This document shows positions 1-10,342 of a stretch of 64,000 bases of DNA, one piece after another. Positions within the stretch are counted from its first letter, which is position 1, and each line of letters starts with the position of its first letter. This DNA comes from Sphyrna mokarran (taxonomy: Eukaryota), in assembly GCA_024679065.1 (NCBI GenBank), contig JAGIQG010000004.1, positions 96,348,001 through 96,412,000 on the forward strand, written 5' to 3'. A program made the translations under genes and the position numbers. The notes under the pieces were generated by a model. That model was given only the letters and a program-made list of their open reading frames with translations. It was not told the DNA's origin and searched no databases.

Positions 1-1158
1 ATGAAACCAACTAGCCAACAAATGTTTGTTGATAAATTGAGTTTAGTCCGATTAACAGCTTGGGAAAATGACATTCTGCAGACTGTAACAAAAAAATCCA
101 TTGCTTCACAAGCACCTTTAGCCCCACCATACACAATGTGATAAAAGTTGTATAAAGTGCCAATGGTGACTCATCTTTGAATTCGCAACTGGCATAAAGC
201 TTTGTCCCTATCCTGAAGTGTTGACACAGATCGGCGGCCATCGATCTGGAAGGTAAACACGTGCACATCAAAACTTCCAGATCCGTTTAGAGATAAAAGT
301 TATCCTTTCATATCCTAAAAGTTGGATCAAGTGGACGATTTGGGTGAAATTCGTTGTCATTTACTTATTTTCTTTGTACGAAAAACCCATCACCTCCATC
401 GAAGGATGTCGATGTATTTCTAAACACAAGAGATGCCAGTTCCATTAAAAGATTAGTTTTATCCACCGCCTGTGTGCTCACTGCAGCTGACCGCCTGGAC
501 TTAGTGCCCCACTCAATTCTCGAAATCTCCTGCTCCTTCGCTCCCTACTCCCCTTCGTTTCTCGCTGTCGTTAGTGGTTGGTCTTACAATTTAAAAGTTT
601 GCTTATATTTGTTTGGAATGAGTAATTCTAAACTTCTCACTTCCGTATTAATTAAGCCTCACCTTTTTTTGTATGAAAGAATTCGCTTGAACTGGGAAGG
701 GACGGGCTGACCTACTACTTGGTTGCCTGCTCCCCTCTCAGCTTAGTGGTGTGTTTGCGGTCGGTAACAGTGAAGTTAAAATGAGCGGGAGAGCTGGGTC
801 ACACCACAGGAAAGGTGCTGAAAAGATCGATTGACCCAGATCATACCTGAATGTTAAAGGCAGTGACACTGTTACGGAGCGGCTGCCACACTCTAGGCTC
901 ATAAATCCAATATGTTTGCTGATTCATTAACTTAATAGATCAGTAGTTATTTAGCTATTGCTTTCAAGTGCCTCAATAATACAACGCGCATATTCTGTCC
1001 TATTCCAAAAATTCTCCATACTAGCACAGACAGCAAACTGCATTCTCCATGTTCTGCTTTTTTTTAAGAACACCTTCAATGAAAACTAATCCAAGTGACC
1101 ATGCGAATGCACATAGTGTGATTGATGTTCAGGAAGAGTTACGCTGTTCTCGAAAGCG

Positions 1159-1491
1159 TAGAATCATAGAATTCACACAGAGCAGAAAGCGGCCATTTGG
1201 CCCATCGGTCTTCACCGACCACAATCCCACCCAGGCCCTATCCCCATCAGCCCACGTATTTACCTTGCTAATCCCCCTCACAATAAGGGGCAATTTAACA
1301 TGACCAATCCATCTAATTACACACCCTTGGACATGCACATCTTTGGACTGTGGGACGAAACCGGAGCACCTGGAAGAAACCCACGGTACAGGGAGAACGT
1401 TCAAACTCCACACAGTCACCCGAGGGGGAATTGAACACAGATCCCTGGCGCTGTCAGGCAGCGGTGCTAACTACTGTGTTACCGGGCCGCC
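1159..1491 (-). mobile_element. HE1-like tRNA-derived V-SINE with CR1-type tail
   Basis: Reverse complement begins GGCGGCCCGGTAACACAGTAGTTAGCACCGCTGCC (A-box region), has a GTTCAATTCC B box, the V-domain GGTGCTCCGGTTTCGTCCCACAGTCCAAAGATGTGC and a TCTATGATTCTA tail. Confidence 0.85.
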
Positions 1492-2196
1492 GGTAGCTGA
1501 GTGATCGCTGCGTTCTTGAGTGCTGGTTATTCCTAGCGAAATGTATCTATTCAGAGGAGTATTTTAAGGTCTCACTGGATAAAGTGAGCACTCCACCATC
1601 CGCCCCCCTCCCGGACCCACCTCACATGCCCCAACGAGCTTAAAGACTGAAACATTACGGGACAGACTTTGGTTTCATTTTCATTTGCAATAAATCCAAA
1701 CGATAACCCGCGTGTTCATGTTTTAAATCCCCGCAATTCCTATTTAAGAGGAGACAGAGATCTGCCTGGGAAATTGAACTCGCTGTCAGTGCCCACCTGC
1801 CTTTTGTGAAAGATATGGTGACCCCCATCCAGCCAGAGTATAAAACAGAGAGATTCCCTGAGGGACTGACCGGCTGAATGCAAGCTTTCCTCTCTATCTT
1901 GTTTCCAAGAGTTGGAGGAAGAGAGTGAGAGAACTGGAATCGAATACATGGGCAGCTTGCATTCAAACGTTTGAACTGGATCTTAAATGGAGTGTCACTT
2001 TTCTAAAATGATTTAGGAAAGAGTAGGACATCTCTGTGTGCACTGGGTACCTGTGCTTTCATAGAGTTGTTGCTCTTAATGTAACTGCAATTTGTATTCT
2101 AAAAGCAAACGTGTTTGTATTCGATTCATTCAATAAATATATTTGACGCAACGTTCAGTTCAAGACCCCAATCTTTCGTTTTGCAGCGTGCTTAGT

Positions 2197-2202
2197 TTTA
2201 TT
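2197..2202 (-). terminator. Candidate polyadenylation signal AATAAA (3' UTR ~1.3 kb); alternatives at 2856-2878
   Basis: TTTATT on the plus strand, preceded in transcript sense by U-rich sequence. Three further AATAAA at 2856-2861, 2869-2874 and 2873-2878. Confidence 0.5.
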
Positions 2203-2440
2203 GAAAACTCTGCAGAGTCACATCTGATTAAAAATCACATATACAATCAGTAAAGTAAAATAAATAATCACACTTGAGATCGGAGCCAACCGTTGGGAAG
2301 ATCAGCATTAGAGAGAATAGAGCGTTGTACGAACAGGTATGTCAGTTAACCTGCTCACAAAGTGCACACTCAGTCACTCGACCAGGAGCGGCCAGTGGAA
2401 GGGACAAAGACCTGGGTGTAAGGATGTAGGCACCGGCCTC

Positions 2441-2472
2441 AACACACACACACACACAAACACGCATACACG
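2441..2472. repeat. (CA)n microsatellite in the 3' UTR
   Basis: aacacacacacacacacaaacacgcatacacg. Confidence 0.85.
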
Positions 2473-3496
2473 CAGGGAAATTGGTCTCAGCGACAACCCT
2501 CCAGCAAATAAGACCAGCAAAACGAATTTTGCAGAACAAATAAATAAAAGCAGAAAGACAAGGCTCTCCCAGTTAGTGAACTGCGTTTTAAAACTCACAT
2601 TATTCCTGGCCTTTCGCTCAGAACTTCCCACCTGTAATATGTCCCCATTGTTTACACACTAGTCTATTGTACCACGACATATTTTAAAGTAATTTTGATT
2701 GTCAATGCATTGCGAATCCCTTCCAGAATTTTTTTTAAATTAAATTTATGATTGAGCTAAATGGAGGGAGAGAGAAAGCGCTGTGAAAATCCCCCCCAGG
2801 GCGGATGAGGTAGGAAACCATTCGTAAATAGTTATTGCAAAACATTTTAAACTTATTTATTATTAATTTTTATTTATTTTTTGCTATTCATATCGTGATG
2901 GCGACATTCACTGAACTGAAATGATGTATGAACCATGCAGAGACAGACCTGTGGACTATACAAGAGGTACAATAGAATTAATATGACCCGTCCTTACATA
3001 GCTAATTGTTTATGTGTCATTTTTCTAAATGAACTTGACAAGGGTATAAATGCCACCACCTGCCCCGGCTCCGTGTCCACATCAAGCTGTAGTTATTCAA
3101 CCCCGGATCAATGAATTCGATCAGCTGGCTCAAATAAAGAAGGATAAACGCACAGAGTTCATTCACAGACTATATACAACCTATTACAATAGAAAAGCAA
3201 ACATGATTTTTTTTTCACAAGAATGTGATTAAACATTATTCAAGTCTCGTTGAGATTATTTGTTACAATATGATTGCCAGATAAGTCATCGAAGTCTCAT
3301 CTAAACCAAGACACAAGGCTTGCTTCTCTCTCAAACCCGTACAAAATATGCACAATTCAATTCTTCAGACATATCCTGCCAGCGTGATTCCCCTTCCGTT
3401 GCTTCGTTCGGGCAAAACTTCACCAAGAAAACAAGAAGTTATTTATATCCTTGGTCCGCATCGTCTCAATAGGACAGAGAAGTGCACACAACCATC

Positions 3497-4417
3497 TTAA
3501 TGTGTGGCGGAAAATTTCATCCTTTTCTGTTTCTGTCTCTGATTGCAAAACCACACTCTGACCACATTCTTTTTCAGGTCCAATTTCTCTGCGATTGCCG
3601 CGATCTTCTCGGAGGAAGGGCGGGGCTGAACGGCGAAATAAGCTTCTAAGGACCGTTTCTCGGGCGCTGCAATGGAGGTACGTTTGCGCTTCCTGTCCCC
3701 TCCATTGAAAAGCTCGGGTTTGGTCATTTTCTCTCGCTGAGCCCTCTCGGCTTCATCCAGCCAGGCCTCCAGGATGGGCTTGAGCGCAATCATGTTATTG
3801 TGCGACAGAGTCAAGGACTCAAACCTACAGATAGTGCTTTGACTTAAACAGCCTACACCCGGGATCTTCAGGTTGGCCAAGGCCGACCCAACATCGGCCT
3901 GTGTCACTCCAAGTTTGATTCTTCTCTGCTTGAATCTCTCCGCGAAGGACTCCAGCTCCCTGGGATCTGCTTCCCCCTCATTGCCACCCAAGCCCATATG
4001 GGCCGACAGGCCGTGCGAATGGGAAATGTTCATAGGTTGATGGTGGTGAGGGTGGTGCGACAAGTGGTTCATACCAGGCATGTGGGCATGCGGGTGCGAT
4101 GGCGTGGCGCCCACTTCAGGTCCTGCCATCCCACTCAGCGACAAGCCAGGGTTCAGGTGCTCCAGCAGGTCTCCTTCCAGGCCTTGGGCTGTCTGGTGAT
4201 GGTGGTGATGGTGGTGATGAGGGTGGGAGGTCAGCACTGACGGGTGCGGGAGATGCACTGAGGAAGAGGTAGGAGTGCAGGACACGCTGGTCATGGTGTG
4301 GTAGGTGACATCTGGCTTAAAGGGGTGGCTTTTCTGCGATACAATATCCACAGCTGCCAGGGCTTCGGCTCGGGACAGTAAAGTTTCATCGAATCCGGTA
4401 AAAATATTGCCTTGCAA
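3497..4417 (-). CDS. pou4f4: POU class IV (Brn3) transcription factor, coding exon 2 (306 aa + stop): POU-IV box, His tract, POU-specific domain, POU homeodomain
   Basis: Acceptor TTTTCCTTTGCAG|TTGCAA at 4418/4417. Encodes LQGNIFTGFDETLLSRAEALAAVDI, then DPRELESFAERFKQRRIKLGVTQADVG...GVGCLSQSTICRFESLTLSHNNM, then RKRTSIAAPEKRSLEAYF...VVRVWFCNQRQKQKRMKFSATH, TAA at 3499-3497. ELES and GVGC (versus ELEA and GVGS in POU4F1-3, recalled) favour pou4f4. Confidence 0.96.
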   Translation of the reverse strand: MQGNIFTGFDETLLSRAEALAAVDIVSQKSHPFKPDVTYHTMTSVSCTPTSSSVHLPHPSVLTSHPHHHHHHHHQTAQGLEGDLLEHLNPGLSLSGMAGPEVGATPSHPHAHMPGMNHLSHHPHHHQPMNISHSHGLSAHMGLGGNEGEADPRELESFAERFKQRRIKLGVTQADVGSALANLKIPGVGCLSQSTICRFESLTLSHNNMIALKPILEAWLDEAERAQREKMTKPELFNGGDRKRKRTSIAAPEKRSLEAYFAVQPRPSSEKIAAIAEKLDLKKNVVRVWFCNQRQKQKRMKFSATH

Positions 4418-5171
4418 CTGCAAAGGAAAAGCACAGCGTGTTACTGTCAGAATCCCCATCGAAAAGAGAGAACAGCGCGGTACCAATCTGCTGTAAACGG
4501 CCAGACACGGGGTCACTTCACTGGCAGCCCCGTTGTTTTAATAAGCATTATTCTTTGTGTCCCTTCATAATCATCGTTGTTCTCTACCGGATTTCTTTAA
4601 CCCAACGGGACCAGCAACATTTGATCAGTTGTGAAAGCACACAATAATTAAAACAAAATCCAGTTGTTTTGATGGGACCTGGACGCGTGCAGACACGAGC
4701 ACATTGTCAATTCTACAACTTGCTAAGCGGTGCAAGTAATGAATGATTATGTGGACATTACAGGGGCTAGTTCCGTATAGCGCGTTTACAGTGAACCTAA
4801 CCCAGGGTGGAACAAGAATATACATGGTACCGATTCAAAACAAGCTTCCTGACAAATAACTACACCAGGCACCTACTTCGGAATTTCTTTTTGGTGTAAT
4901 TTCATTATTGACATCCTGTCGTACACCAATGTCACAGCCCCCCCCCCCGCCCTTCGCTGGAGACCTCAAACCGCCCCCTTACACATTATTACAGTAATAA
5001 AGTTAAAACAAAAAAAACTTCAAATGCCCACGCAATTTGACAGATGTGAATTGTAAGCAACCGATACTTCTCATCCAAAAATTAGGCAATTGAGTGGCTT
5101 TTCTTGTAGGCGGTGGGTGAGGAAGGAGCGCTGTGTTGTTGTTGCAGGTTGGACTCGTTCGCTTTACTTAC
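4418..5171 (-). other. Single 754-nt phase-0 GT-AG intron of the POU4 gene
   Basis: GTAAGT donor, polypyrimidine tract plus CAG acceptor. Position (PTPP/LQ) matches the conserved POU4 intron. Confidence 0.93.
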
Positions 5172-5291
5172 CGGAGGAGTGGGCAGGCACGCTCTCCGGA
5201 TGGCCTCGCTGCTGGAGTGCAGGGTGGTGTATTTGGGTTCGTGCAGAATGGGGTGCATGCCGAACGGCTGCTTGCTGTTCATGGACATCAT
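5172..5291 (-). CDS. pou4f4: POU class IV (Brn3) transcription factor, coding exon 1 (40 aa)
   Basis: ATG at 5291 gives MMSMNSKQPFGMHPILHEPKYTTLHSSSEAIRRACLPTPP, the typical POU4 N-terminus. It ends at a phase-0 donor CCG|GTAAGT (5171-5166). Family call is near-certain; the paralogue name is less so (~0.75). Confidence 0.95.
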
Positions 5292-5359
5292 GTTTACATG
5301 TGGGTCATGTGCAGGTGAGCGCTGAACTGGCGCTGTCCCTATCCCACTCCATCCGCTTC

Positions 5360-5485
5360 TCGCTGAGTTATACCCGCGCAGCCTGGAGGACACGCCGCCC
5401 CTCGGCCCCGATCATTGGTACAGAACGGCCCGACCTGCAGGCGGTCTGCTGGATCCGCCCATCCACTCTCACCATTGGCTCAGGC
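5360..5485 (-). promoter_or_regulatory. Candidate proximal promoter: TATA-like, two CCAAT boxes, GC boxes
   Basis: On the minus strand: TATAAC at 5372-5367, CCAAT at 5418-5414 and 5478-5474, GC-box-like sequences at ~5393-5401 and 5455-5460. All lie 75-190 nt upstream of the ATG in CpG-rich sequence. Confidence 0.65.
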
Positions 5486-5869
5486 GGCTGCAAACCGCTC
5501 CTTCCAGCCATTTCCAGCACTCTGGTGAAATTTGATGAATGTCGATTCTGACACAAGAAATACGGCATAAACCTGCTCACTGACTTTGGGGGGAATTTGT
5601 GGCAAACATTTATCACTGATTTCAAACCCTCCATGTACACGTGCATGTGTGGTGAACATTCATTCAGCATTTTCCAAACTACCATTTAGCCGCGAGACAT
5701 TAAAACAAACACATAATGGGATTTTGGCTTTCTGATAATAAAATGTCTCAATTCCGATAAAGATCCTAAAACGGGAGAGAGAGAGAGAGCACTTGTCAGA
5801 GTCTTGACATTCGAGCATTGAGGTAAGATCATCAATTCGAATCTTCCCATTGAAGAGACAGCTTCATGA

Positions 5870-6030
5870 GAGCACAGTTCAGGACCTTGTCAATTCGATA
5901 GAGCTATTTAGAGTATTAATCGGATTTTTTTTTCAAGTGGACAGAGCTTGGGTTATAGTGCTGATCGGGACCCTGTCAAATAGAGAGAGATGGGGTTAGA
6001 ACACTAATCGGAACTTTGTCAATTCAACAG
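5870..6030. repeat. Degenerate ~42-bp tandem repeat, about 4 units
   Basis: Recurring unit resembling (a)tcGGAccTTGTCAAttcgatAGAG...ttAGAgtactaATC at ~5882, 5922, 5966 and 6010. Confidence 0.55.
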
Positions 6031-6462
6031 CATGCACTTATCTCTGACCCCTAAGGTTAAAGGGAAGTCCCAGGGTTCTTCCTAAATGGAGGGAGACAGG
6101 GAAAGGGTCGCCAAACAGTGAATGGAAAGATTGAGGATAACCAAAAGTTTGGATGGGTTGGAGAAGGAATAAAGTAGAGAGACCTGGATGGTTAGAAATG
6201 AACTGCCTGAGTGAGGCCACCTAATTGAAGGCTCTGTTGCCAATGGTAGGGTGAAGTGGGGAAATGTGCACAACAGTCAAACTCAAAGAAATGGAGGGCA
6301 CAGTGCACGCAAAACTGCAACAGGTACTGAGCTGGAGTGGAACCAAACTGTGGAGAGATTGAAAGAGGCAGATGAACTTCTTAAACTTATTATATGTTAC
6401 TCAGAAAAATGAGTGGGACATATTAAAGGACAATTAGGAGTGGCTGCATTGTGAACAATCTG

Positions 6463-6540
6463 AATAATAATTAATAATAATTATTAATTATAATAATTAT
6501 AATAAATATAATAATAATAATTAATAATCTTAACAATAAT
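6463..6540. repeat. (AAT)n-like AT-only microsatellite
   Basis: aataataattaataataattattaattataataattataataaatataataataataattaataat. Confidence 0.85.
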
Positions 6541-7169
6541 CACATCTGAATGTGACAAAAACACAAGGAGCTGGGATGAGGAGAGTGGTAGGCAATGTTG
6601 TGCAGGTAGGAACAGGCAACCGCAGTGATGGATAACAATAGCTAGCGCTCCAAGTTTCAGCCTGAATCCTAGCAGGGTGGCTGAATGAAATCAGCAACAA
6701 GTGAAATGATTTCAGTAGGCAATGGGTGACATTAACAAATAGTCCTTTTCGAAACTTGCTGTTTTGGTGGATCTTATGCGTATCAGAATGAAGAACGTTA
6801 GCTGTAGGCAACAGAAAGCTTTTTGCCCCATTTGGGTCACCCATTGTTTGATGAATGAAGCACACCTAGTTCAGTCATGGTAGGACCTGTGTATAAATGT
6901 TTCTAATTGGATATTTTGCTAAGGGGAGTAATAATACATTGGGACTGGAACAAAGGAAAGCCCTTTGTCTTAGAGATTGTTACAGTTCTGAAAAATTGCA
7001 AGTAAGTAATGTGCCTAATTTCTATTCGAAAAATACTTACAGATGGCATTATTCAATTATACAAATAAGTATTTAAACCTCCTTTTGGCATTGGGACATG
7101 TTTGTACTCGTGTACCTTTGATTCATTATTCAATATTGTTGTGATTTAATATTTTCCAATCAGTCATAA

Positions 7170-7550
7170 ATTTATGATACTTTCACCATGCCTCAGAAGA
7201 TTGTAAATTCAAGCCCAGGACTTGAGCACAAATTCAACATAAATATCTCAAAGCTGTATTGAAGGATTGCTGATTTGTCAAATGTTCCATTGGCTCAGAT
7301 AGAAAACCCAGTCTGCTTATTTTGGTGATTCAGTTGGTGTTAACAATCTCATGGTTCTACAGAAAAAGGAATCCACCTGATATTGTGGCTCACATTCCCA
7401 CAAGCAATGTAACCAAACAGATCAACTTATCTTTTAGCATATTGCTTTTTGTAGGACACTGTTATGTTCAAGGTATTGTTGTTGTGTTTACTTACACAAT
7501 AATAATCATTGTACTTTGAAACAATTCATTCTGATAAAGTTGCTGAGAGA
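7170..7550 (+). mobile_element. Highly diverged Deu-domain SINE (SacSINE1/AmnSINE1-like)
   Basis: tcagaagattgtaaattcaagcccaggacttgagcac head and aaacagat...atattgcttttgtaggacactg core resemble the recalled DeuSINE consensus and the copy near 49915. Confidence 0.5.
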
Positions 7551-7825
7551 TCATAGAATCATCATCGAATCCCTGCAGTGCAAAAGGAGACCATTCAGCC
7601 CATCTGCACCAGTAACACCCAGGCCCATTCCATAACCTAGTGTATTTACCCTGCTAGTCCGCTTGATGTTAGGAGACAATTCATCATGGCCAATCAATCT
7701 AACCCAAACATCTTTGGACAGTGGGAGCACCTGGAGGAAACCCATACAGACACATGGAAAATTTGCAAATTCCACACAGATGGTCACCTGGGGCCCTAGT
7801 GCTGTGTGGCAGCCATGCCACAGAG
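7551..7825 (-). mobile_element. HE1-like V-SINE, CR1-type tail
   Basis: tcatagaatc tail and catctttggacagtgggagcacctggaggaaaccc V-domain; homologous to 1159-1491. Confidence 0.8.
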
Positions 7826-9059
7826 CTCTCCTATGTGATGAAGGTACAATATAAATGGAAGCTGTTTCTTTTTTTAATTCTGGCAGTGTGTTTTTCAGAG
7901 TGCTTTTTCCATGGACTCCCTAAAGCGTTGCAATGTAGCTCTCTTGCCCAGTCTATTTTTAAACCCATGATCAATAGTTATTTCATCTCTGTTAAAGCAC
8001 TTAGAGCTAAAATACGGCAGAACTAGTTAACTGGTTCCCACCAAGACATGAATGATAATGTCAAACCAGCAAATAATCATTTCAATATTTAATATGTGTA
8101 AAATAAATACAGATTGTGATCTACTTGATTCTACAGTGATATATAATGGAACGAGACTTCTATAGCATAGCAATTTTTGTTTATACTGTCAAAAGTTTAG
8201 GAGAACTTTTTAACCTGTAAGTGTGTTCAAAGGCACAACGTGGGAGGTGATTCTTTTGTTATTTTCATCTGTTAATGTAATAAATGCAAATGTTAATTTT
8301 GAATTAAAACCAAAACTTAATATGGAAGTGCAGTGCAGAACAACTGTAATAAGGATATCTTCTAGATCAGAGATCCTGGTCACATTGTGCTTAGCAGAAG
8401 ACCTTTGTTGATTGTCTTATAAGTTGATAAAGTGACTGTTTTGATAATTCAGCCAGAAAATCTAAGATTATTTCAATAGTACATTTTTCTAAGTTTATCA
8501 CTACAGCCAGTATTTAAGAAACAAATAAATGTGGATAGCATTGAAGTCTCAATACTCAATTGCCCAGAATGGTATGATGAAGATTGCATGTGTTTTCAAT
8601 TAGTTTTTGGTCCACCTGTGGAACAAGTGAAAGACTGAGCTTCAACGATTTGTGTGTCCTTGATGTAGTAATATAGAGACCATTACTTTGCATTTGCATC
8701 TGCTGTACTTCATCTGCAAATGCCTGATGTGTTCATGTAGAGGGATCTTAATTTGGTATTTAAATCATGCTATATCCTACCTGGAAACACTTAGGAGACC
8801 AGTGTGCAGGAAAGTATTGTGTTCATATTACTCTTAGTGTGCAAAATGAGGAAGATCATTTTACTTTGATGCTAAGCAGTTCTGAATGACATAGCACTAG
8901 TTAATGATAATAAAATATTTAAATTAGAATCCCAGCACTCTTAGAAAATTAGAAAAAAAACTGCCAAAAATTAAAACGTGTGCCATTTTCACAATTACCT
9001 TTCATTCACACCACAAAACCATAAAAATATGGGAATTTCCATAATATGTGGAAGGATAA

Positions 9060-9367
9060 GGGCAGCATTGTGGCACAGTGATTAGTTGTGGGATCTGGGT
9101 TCAATTCCAGCTTTGCACATTCCCTCATGTCTCTGAGGGCTTCCTTTGGGTCCTTCAGTTTATTCCCAGAGTTCAAAGATGTGCAGGTTAGATGGATTGA
9201 CAAGGCTAAATTGTCCCTTAGTGTCCAAAGATGTGTAGGTTAGGGAGATTGGTGGGATGGATGTGGGATGGAGCATGGGATGTGCCTACTTGGGGTGCTC
9301 TGGCAGGTGGGTCAGTGTGGACTTGATGAACTGGGTGCCTTTTTCTGCACAGTAGGGATTCTATGAT
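9060..9367 (+). mobile_element. HE1-like V-SINE, CR1-type tail
   Basis: gggcagcattgtggcacagtgattag head, V-domain, ...ctgcacagtagggattctatga tail. Confidence 0.8.
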
Positions 9368-10219
9368 ATAAGCATCCATTGCTAATGTTGAAAAGCTGGC
9401 AGTGAGCATTTTTCTTAAACTGCTTTATATCGCATGCTGAAACTGCTCCCACAGTGCTGTTCGGTAAGAAGTTACAGAACTTTAATTCACATGAAGGAAT
9501 GATAAAGCTACTGTAAATGAATAGTCTCTAGTCTTACAGAAAGTCGATCTCAGAAATGTGACCTCCAGTCAGTGAACACAATTTGTTTCCTATCATATGA
9601 TGGAATTCCTGCTAATTCCTGCATTAGGAGAAATGGATCAACAAGATGAATTTGGATGCTATATTTAAGTAACAGCCAAAGAGGTGACAGTGACCTGAAT
9701 TTTAAATATTACTTAGAAAATTTGAAGTGTAGTCAGAAAGTGTACAGTTGCATAATGCCAACACTATATACTTCAGATTGCTAAATGGAAGTTTTGCTAT
9801 TTCCATAATGAATTGCTGCAATTATTGCACTTAAGCAGAGGAAAGATACCTAAATCTATATTTCACTTGTGTGCAAACTTACAAGACCAATACCTTTTTT
9901 AAATTATATATCAAATGCACTAATTGGTTCAAATGATGTGCATTAATTGGGAGCCTATCTGTGCATATATGTATCTATAGAAGTGCACTAAAATTTTTGT
10001 TGTTAATTGAAGATGTACAGTGTATAACATATTTTTTGAGAGTGCAACAAGTCTTTCAGTGCTTGGTTATGAAAATTCCAATTTCTCATCAATCACACAT
10101 TGACTGGATGTATGTAGTTATAATATGATCCCAAACCGTCAATATCCCCATAACTGTACCACAGTCTTATTGTAATCATATCCACAACCAAATTATGAAT
10201 GGTTTACAAGAGAAATTAT

Positions 10220-10342
10220 GGGTGCGATCTTACCCACCGTTCATGTGAGTGTGCTGTCGTATGAGGTTGGAGAATTTGGCGCACATTCAATGCAGCAGGA
10301 TGGGAAAATCTCGCTGGTGTGAACAACCATAAGATTCCAGCC
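10220..10342. mobile_element. Short MITE, PIF/Harbinger-like
   Basis: Imperfect TIRs gggtgcgatcttac / ataagattccagcc flanked by a 3-bp TAT duplication (10217-10219, 10343-10345). Confidence 0.55.

Noticed and set aside
3497-4516. Single-exon 339-aa gene as given in the ORF track
   Set aside because: The first codon is GTG inside the intron; the canonical product is spliced from exon 1.
3497-5291. Assignment as POU4F1 (similar C-terminus KFSAT)
   Set aside because: ELES, GVGC, LEAW and the N-terminal QPFGMHPILHEPKY fit recalled pou4f4 better; not formally excluded without a tree.
5292-5393. N-terminal extension in ORF 5082..5393
   Set aside because: Starts at GTG and runs through the TATA-like element and 5' UTR; the conserved POU4 start is the ATG at 5291.
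3998-5551. Plus-strand ORFs 3998..4240, 5090..5551 and similar
   Set aside because: Antisense shadows of GC-rich coding and promoter sequence with no recognisable domains.
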